A stretch of 64,000 nucleotides of DNA. Origin: an uncultured Candidatus Saccharibacteria bacterium (GTDB lineage: Bacteria; Patescibacteriota; Dojkabacteria; J137). The notes under the pieces were generated by a model. It made no database searches. It saw nothing but the letters and a program-made list of their open reading frames with translations, and was not told the origin of the DNA. Of this stretch, positions 58,198 through 64,000 are shown piece by piece. Where the stretch lies: NCBI GenBank assembly GCA_965230975.1, contig OZ246402.1, forward strand, positions 509,009-573,008, given 5' to 3'. The position numbers were made by a program, and so were the translations under genes. The first letter of the stretch is position 1. Each line of letters opens with the position of its first letter.

Positions 58198-60000
58198 TTA
58201 ACTTTGCTTTTTTGTGTCGTTAATTAACTCTAGAGCCTGGGCATATTTAACAGGTTTACTAACCTCACCATTTGCAATAAAGAAGATAGAATCTGCTTTT
58301 TGAATTGTATTTAACCTATGGGCAATAATAATCTTTGTAGTAGATGCAGGCAATTTATCAATAATCTCTTGTAACAAACTTTCTGTAACAGTATCAATAT
58401 TTGCAGTTGCCTCATCTAAAATTAAAAGCTCTGGTTCTCTTAAAATAACTCTTAAGAATGCAATTAATTGTTTTTGACCCAAAGAAACAGAATCTGTAAA
58501 ATTAGAAACCTCTGTACTTAAACCTTGAGGGAATCTTTCTAACAATCTTTGTAAACCTTTTTGGTTAAGAACCTCTTCGAGTGCAGCTTCATCAAAACCT
58601 TCGTACTTTTTATTCCCATAAATCACATTATCTTTGATAGTACCTGTAAATAAGAAAGGCTCTTGTAAAATAAACCCGATTTTTTGGGTTAGTTCATCTT
58701 TTTTATAGCTTTTTAAACTAAGACCATTTAAAAGAATCTCACCTTCTGACGGATCATAAAGTCTTGCCATTAAAGACGCAGTTGTACTTTTGCCTCCACC
58801 AGTTGGACCAACTAAGGCGTATGTTTTTCCTTTATCTATACTTATATTTACATGTTTTAGAATCATCTTTTCAGGGTTATAACCAAAACTTACATCTTTA
58901 AATTCAACAAATTCGTTACCCTTATCTTTTGTTAAATCTTCAACCACACCTAAATTACTTTGCAATGAAAGTAGTTCTGAAATTCTTGACCATGCTGCCA
59001 AAGATGTTTGGATGGATGCAAATAAAGAAGCCATAATTCTTAATGGAGAATAGAATCTATCTACATATAAAACATAACTAATTAAGGTTCCAAACTCTAA
59101 AGAACTTTTAAAATCTACACCTAAAAATGAAAATACACCTGCAGTAATTAAGTTAATTCCAATAAAATAAACAACAAATAAAGCTAGATTACCACCAAAA
59201 TCGTAAAGTGGAGTAAGTATATTATTCGCAATACCAGAAATCATATTATTCTTTTTGCTATTTTGATTTACATTATTGAATGCATTTTTAAAATAGTCTC
59301 TTCGGTTAAATGCAACAATAACTTTAAAGTTAGTAAGGCTTTCTTGAACTTCACCAGACAAGCCTCCAGTTGCAGTAAGAGCATTCTTGTTAATTGTTCT
59401 TAAAATTCCAGATGAAAGACTTGTTAAAACTAGTAAAACAAGTGCAATAACTAAAGCAAAAGAGCCAAGTATTGGGTTCTTTAAAATCATTGCAATTGCA
59501 ATACCTACAATTACAAAAATGTTACCCACAAATCTTAATAATGTTTCGGAAAGTGCTTGGTTTAATTTATCTGTATCGTTATTAATTCTTGAAATTAAAT
59601 CACCAGATTTGTTTTCGTTAAAAAATGCTATTGGTAAGTGTTGAATCTTATCAAAAATTTTTTCTCTTAATCTTGAAAGAATATTTTGACCAATCCAACC
59701 CATAATTAAAATCTGAAAATAGTTGGCTACAGATGCACCTGCATATAAGACTATTAACCCTACAACAGCTTGTAAAAGCGCATCTTTGTCTCTATTAGTA
59801 ATAGCATTTTGAGATGCTGTACCAATAAGATCTGGAGCAACAATGTTAATTACAGAATTTATTAATATAAGTACCATTGCAAGTAATGCAAGTAAGATTA
59901 CCTTTTTGCCATAACCACCTATAAATTTATTAACCTCGGTCAATACTGTTAAAAAGGTGGTATTTTTTTTACCTTCAGATTCTGATAGTTTGTAGTTCAT
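58198..60000 (-). CDS. ABC exporter, fused permease/ATPase subunit (ABCB-type half transporter)
   Basis: Six N-terminal TM helices. Walker A GPTGGGKST. Signature LSLGQKQLIAF. Walker B ILDEAT. Confidence 0.85.
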   Translation of the reverse strand: MNYKLSESEGKKNTTFLTVLTEVNKFIGGYGKKVILLALLAMVLILINSVINIVAPDLIGTASQNAITNRDKDALLQAVVGLIVLYAGASVANYFQILIMGWIGQNILSRLREKIFDKIQHLPIAFFNENKSGDLISRINNDTDKLNQALSETLLRFVGNIFVIVGIAIAMILKNPILGSFALVIALVLLVLTSLSSGILRTINKNALTATGGLSGEVQESLTNFKVIVAFNRRDYFKNAFNNVNQNSKKNNMISGIANNILTPLYDFGGNLALFVVYFIGINLITAGVFSFLGVDFKSSLEFGTLISYVLYVDRFYSPLRIMASLFASIQTSLAAWSRISELLSLQSNLGVVEDLTKDKGNEFVEFKDVSFGYNPEKMILKHVNISIDKGKTYALVGPTGGGKSTTASLMARLYDPSEGEILLNGLSLKSYKKDELTQKIGFILQEPFLFTGTIKDNVIYGNKKYEGFDEAALEEVLNQKGLQRLLERFPQGLSTEVSNFTDSVSLGQKQLIAFLRVILREPELLILDEATANIDTVTESLLQEIIDKLPASTTKIIIAHRLNTIQKADSIFFIANGEVSKPVKYAQALELINDTKKQS

Positions 60001-61739
60001 TCTGTTGTTTGTTGAGAATTAAATATTTGTTGGTATTCAAAGCTGTTTTTTAATAGCTCTTTATGCGTTCCTTTTGCAATAAGCTCACCTTCCATAATTA
60101 AAAGAATTTGATCGTAATCTTTTACAGATTCTATTTTTTGAGTGATAGAAAGTAGAGTAAGCTCTGGGTAATTCTTCTCCAGATTATTAATAATGTTTTT
60201 TTCTGTTTTAATATCTACCCTTGCTGTAAAGTCATCTAACAATAAGATTTTTGGATTTATAGACAAAGCTCTGGCCAAAGTTAATCGTTGTTTTTGACCT
60301 CCCGATAACGAAGAACCTCTTTCTGTAATTAGCGTATCTACACCTTTATCTTGAGCAGCAATAAAATCTGAAAGTTCTGCAGTAGCAATAGCTTTATCTA
60401 AGTCTGCTTGATTTGTTTCTGCATTAAATAAGATATTCTCTTTTACTGTAGTGTTAAAAATAACACTGTCTTGAAACACAAGTGCAACTTGAGAATAAAA
60501 GTCATTAATATCAATCTCTTTAATATTAGTACCATCAACTTCAATTGAACCAGCCGTTGGTTCTTGAAGACCTGCTATTAGATTAAAGATTTGTGTTTTA
60601 CCAGCTGCTGTTGGCCCAACAATTGCGTTTTTTGTACCAGGTTTTATTTCAAAACTAATCTCTTTAAGTATGTTTTTGTTTGCTATCTCTAAAGAAACTT
60701 TATCAAATTTTATTGCACCTTTAATCTCTTTTTTTACATTACCTCTTGTTGCTGCATCTTGTGCAGCTAGAGTTTCTTGGATTCTTTTAACTGATGTAAA
60801 AGACCTGGCAATTGTGCTTGCAACAAATCCTAAAATAAAGATTGGACCTAAAAATGTTCCAATATAACTAAAGAAAGCAGAGTAGTCACCAGGCGATAAT
60901 CCACTCCCTCCCTGTGAGTTTATAAAGTCTATAACCCCGCTACCTCCAAAATAAACAACTGCTAAAGTTGCTAAGTTTGCAAGTATAGATATTACCGGTA
61001 TTAAACTTGCAAATCCGTAAACTATTTTTAAATTTGTTTGTCTTGTTACTTCGTTAACTTCGTGAAATTTAATCATTTCTACGTAACCTGAATTTAAAAC
61101 TTTTGTTAATGCTGCACCTACAATGCTTTCGTTGATAACTCTATTAAGTTTATCTAAGTTTTCTTGTGCTTTTTTAAATGATTTGCTGATAGAACTAAAA
61201 ATGAATCCAAATGTAATAAATAGAGCAGGGATTGTTGCTACTACAATTAATCCTAATTGCGAGTTGATAGCTAACATTGCGATTGATGCACCTATTAATA
61301 ACACAATTGAAGAGAATATTTGAACAATACCTTGGTTGAATAAGTTTTTAACAGCATCTACATCACTAGTAATAATAGTTAGTAATTTAGAAGATGTGAT
61401 TTGGTTTACTGTTGAATATGATAGTTGTGATATTTTTTGAATAAGTTTGGATCGTATGGTTGCTGCTAAATCTTCTGTAGCGAGGTTGGATATTATTATT
61501 TGGCCAATTGTTGCTAGTAATATTAAGGCAACATAACCTAAGTAAATTCTTTGAAATTCCCATAAATCTAAACTGCCTAAAAAGATTTTATTTAGATTTT
61601 CAGATGCTACTCTTGGTAAAGCAAGTGCTAACAAGTTTGCACTTAAAGACAAGGCTAAGGTAATAACAATACCAACTACTGTTCGTTTTTTAAGGATAGA
61701 TTTCATGAGTTTAATAGATTTAATAAAATGCACAAACAC
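59997..61739 (-). CDS. ABC exporter, fused permease/ATPase subunit (heterodimer partner)
   Basis: TM domain. Walker A GPTAAGKT. Signature LSGGQKQRLTLARAL. Walker B LLLDDFT. 4-nt overlap with the partner gene. Confidence 0.85.
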   Translation of the reverse strand: MFVHFIKSIKLMKSILKKRTVVGIVITLALSLSANLLALALPRVASENLNKIFLGSLDLWEFQRIYLGYVALILLATIGQIIISNLATEDLAATIRSKLIQKISQLSYSTVNQITSSKLLTIITSDVDAVKNLFNQGIVQIFSSIVLLIGASIAMLAINSQLGLIVVATIPALFITFGFIFSSISKSFKKAQENLDKLNRVINESIVGAALTKVLNSGYVEMIKFHEVNEVTRQTNLKIVYGFASLIPVISILANLATLAVVYFGGSGVIDFINSQGGSGLSPGDYSAFFSYIGTFLGPIFILGFVASTIARSFTSVKRIQETLAAQDAATRGNVKKEIKGAIKFDKVSLEIANKNILKEISFEIKPGTKNAIVGPTAAGKTQIFNLIAGLQEPTAGSIEVDGTNIKEIDINDFYSQVALVFQDSVIFNTTVKENILFNAETNQADLDKAIATAELSDFIAAQDKGVDTLITERGSSLSGGQKQRLTLARALSINPKILLLDDFTARVDIKTEKNIINNLEKNYPELTLLSITQKIESVKDYDQILLIMEGELIAKGTHKELLKNSFEYQQIFNSQQTTE

Positions 61740-61869
61740 CCATTTTAGCAGAGTATTAGTATCTGTGCTAGTGAGTGTAGTACTAATTATTATAGTTGTA
61801 TACCTTTTATAACAAGGTAAATTCTAAAAACAGGGCCACAAAGAATTTGTGGCCCTTTGGTAAAACTAT

Positions 61870-62775
61870 TTATTTGCAGTAATCGCTTGTTTTGCCTTCT
61901 GTACCACTTCCAGGCAGGGAGTAAGCAATTGCTTTGTCTTGGGCTGTTAGGTTGTTTAACCAGCACAATCCATAAAAAGCCATGCTTGATTTATTTGAAT
62001 GCATAGACACAAATGCTTGATCATTTACAGCATTATTAGTTGCTCTTAAATCATATACTCCAAAGTCTACACTAACATTTTTAGGATTAGAAAATCCTAC
62101 TTTTGTTGCAATTATTGTACCTGCTTTAAACATCTTTTGATTTTGAAATATTGTTGTTCTTGTATCATCTGCTTTTGCTTCGGGTAAAGTATCTATAAAT
62201 TCTTGTAACTCGGCAGAAACTTCTTTAATATGGTCAAACCGAAACATGATTCCGCAAGGTGCTATAAAGTCTAAAATAATTTGAAGTTCACCAGATTCTA
62301 TATATCTGCTCCCTTGAAAGATTTGAGCATCTAAGGGTAACTTTACCTCAATGTTATTATTTGGGTTATTATCAAATCTAAAGCCTCCATGTGGCTTAAA
62401 GTCTCCACCTCTTGTTTGCCCCGGGTATAAAATATTCGTTGCCTGTGTTAAATCTACAGGTGAGTTAAATTCTAATGGAAATTCACAAGCGGGTACTGTT
62501 CCCATTGTTGTCCAGCTACGTCCATCATTATTCCACATGATTGGATTGGTCTCTGTTTCTTGAGGAGTTTGGTTTTCTGTCTGATTGTTTTGGTTAGTAT
62601 TCACCTGATTTATTGTATTTGTTGATTTTGTTTGATTCACGGGTTTATTTGCAAGAACTATTACTAACGCAATAATAACTATTACTACGGCTGCAATTAA
62701 TAAAGTTAATCCAATAAATAAGGGTTTGTTGCTTACTGGTTTTTGCTGTGGAATAGTTGGTTCCATTACTATCAA
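61870..62775 (-). CDS. hypothetical membrane-anchored extracytoplasmic protein
   Basis: 301 aa. N-terminal TM and an Asn/Gln/Thr-rich linker before a C-terminal domain. Confidence 0.5.
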   Translation of the reverse strand: MIVMEPTIPQQKPVSNKPLFIGLTLLIAAVVIVIIALVIVLANKPVNQTKSTNTINQVNTNQNNQTENQTPQETETNPIMWNNDGRSWTTMGTVPACEFPLEFNSPVDLTQATNILYPGQTRGGDFKPHGGFRFDNNPNNNIEVKLPLDAQIFQGSRYIESGELQIILDFIAPCGIMFRFDHIKEVSAELQEFIDTLPEAKADDTRTTIFQNQKMFKAGTIIATKVGFSNPKNVSVDFGVYDLRATNNAVNDQAFVSMHSNKSSMAFYGLCWLNNLTAQDKAIAYSLPGSGTEGKTSDYCK

Positions 62776-62827
62776 ATAAAAATTTATACTATTTATTCTA
62801 TAGAATTTTCTTTTTGAATGTAAGAGA

Positions 62828-63226
62828 TTAATTGTTGTTTAGTATTGGAGGTAGATCTTGTGATTTAGGGATAAATTTTATTGATACTGAGTTTACACAT
62901 TCGCGTGTATTGGTGTTTGTAAAACCTTCGCCTATAAATTCGTGGCCCAAATGTGCACCACAATTTGCACACTCAATCTCTATTCTTTCCATTCCAAGAG
63001 AAGTATCTTTTATTCTTTTTAATGAGTTTGGGAAACTACTATCAAATGCCGGCCAGCCACAGTTTGCTTCAAATTTGGCTTGTGAAGTGAATAGAGGATT
63101 ATTACATCTTCTGCAAATAAAGGTTCCATCTTCAAAAAAGTTATCATATTCACCCGTGAATGGTGCTTCTGTGCCTTTGTTTTCTATTACTCGTTTTTCT
63201 TGTGGGGTTAAGTTGTTGTATGCCAT
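62828..63226 (-). CDS. msrB: peptide-methionine (R)-S-oxide reductase
   Basis: Zn CxxC pairs (CRRCNNPLF, CANCGAHLGHEF) and the catalytic region of SelR/MsrB. 132 aa. Confidence 0.85.
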   Translation of the reverse strand: MAYNNLTPQEKRVIENKGTEAPFTGEYDNFFEDGTFICRRCNNPLFTSQAKFEANCGWPAFDSSFPNSLKRIKDTSLGMERIEIECANCGAHLGHEFIGEGFTNTNTRECVNSVSIKFIPKSQDLPPILNNN

Positions 63227-63229
63227 GAC

Positions 63230-64000
63230 TTATTTTAAACCAAGTGATAAATCATTTATACTAATTTCTTTGTAATATTGAAGTGCTTTAACAATTTCGT
63301 TATAACTAGAAATTCTTATAGTCTTACTTGCTAATTCTGCATAGCCATCTGAAAACGATGCTGGTAAATGGTTAGGGTCATTGATAAGTATAGTATAAGC
63401 ACCAAGTTCAATACATGGTTTAATGTCTACAGGAAAGTTATCGCCTAATGCCAACACTTGGGCTGGGTTAACTTTGTGCATTGCTTGTTGCCAATGTGTT
63501 AAATCTTTTTTTTGTTCAGGTGGAATTATCTCAATTCTTGAAGGGTCGAAATATTCTAAAATACCTACATTTTTAAGCTTTCTAATTGTCCACTCTGAAT
63601 CGGCGTTAGTTACTATTCCCATTGATATACCAGCTTCTTTGATTGCAGTAAGTATTTCAATTACACCAGGTTTTAAGGGTATAGGTAGTTCGTATAATAT
63701 TTTTGTGTATTCTTTTAAGTATTCATCTATTAAAAACCAGTCAGAGCCAGGATAAATTTCTTTTATACCGTTGAATATGTGTTTCCAAACTTTAATAGGG
63801 TCTACGTGGTAAAGTTCTCTTGCTTGTTGGTTTAGTTGGTCATAAAGTTGAGATATCTCTTCAAAGCTTGTTTTGCAAGCTTGTGCCAGTTGGCGTTTTA
63901 TGTTGGTTCTAGCAGTGTCAAAGTGGTTGTATGTTTCTACAAGTGTATCATCTACATCAAATAGTACAAGTTCTATTTGTAGTTCTTTTAATATTCCCGA
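63230..64000 (-). CDS. HAD-superfamily hydrolase, 5'-partial (N-terminus just beyond window end)
   Basis: Frame is open from 64000 down to the stop at 63230. HAD motif I LFDVDDTLVE is encoded at ~63940-63970. Motif IV is GDNFPVDIKP. The ORF track lists only the internal-Met portion 63230..63622. Confidence 0.7.
   Translation of the reverse strand, partial: SGILKELQIELVLFDVDDTLVETYNHFDTARTNIKRQLAQACKTSFEEISQLYDQLNQQARELYHVDPIKVWKHIFNGIKEIYPGSDWFLIDEYLKEYTKILYELPIPLKPGVIEILTAIKEAGISMGIVTNADSEWTIRKLKNVGILEYFDPSRIEIIPPEQKKDLTHWQQAMHKVNPAQVLALGDNFPVDIKPCIELGAYTILINDPNHLPASFSDGYAELASKTIRISSYNEIVKALQYYKEISINDLSLGLK

Noticed and set aside
1-64000. Alternative genetic code (UGA recoding, as in some CPR lineages)
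   Set aside because: Long conserved genes (dnaE, mutS, the histidine kinase) are intact under the standard code, and their stops fall where expected.

Overview
This 64-kb window comes from a very AT-rich (~30% GC) bacterial chromosome read with the standard code; long ORFs such as the 1191-aa DnaE are intact, so there is no UGA recoding. The gene content points, at low confidence, to an uncultivated reduced-genome lineage such as Patescibacteria/CPR: a short-form MetRS, a lone gatA, few Shine-Dalgarno sites, and many small TM-anchored hypothetical proteins. Housekeeping genes recognised: mutS, dnaE, metG, cysS, gatA, efp with epmA, rsmE, msrB, a DHH/NrnA-like phosphoesterase, a DsbA-like oxidoreductase, GT2 and GT4 glycosyltransferases, and a heterodimeric ABC exporter. 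No rRNA, tRNA, CRISPR array, transposase or integrase was seen by eye. Everything from 43.9 kb to the window end is on the minus strand. Candidate systems worth a second look:
- An ~800-bp repeat-rich non-coding region upstream of dnaE.
- A stand-alone condensation-domain-like acyltransferase next to an ATP-grasp ligase.
- An orphan RHH regulator with four helically phased TGGTACCA palindromes.
- A dockerin-bearing trypsin-like protease next to a membrane-anchored cohesin-like protein.
- A small island with consensus sigma70 promoters, a terminator/antiterminator leader, and tandem ParB/DGQHR-like paralogs.
- An FMN-binding / ApbE / ferric-reductase-like flavinylation module.
- A minus-strand cluster of tandem XRE regulators, a 665-aa unknown protein and an orphan 7TM histidine kinase, adjacent to secreted proteins that include an M23 peptidase and two paralogs with phage-tail-fibre-type C-terminal chaperone domains. 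A ~25-bp operator-like motif is shared between the XRE promoter and the tail-fibre-like gene promoter.
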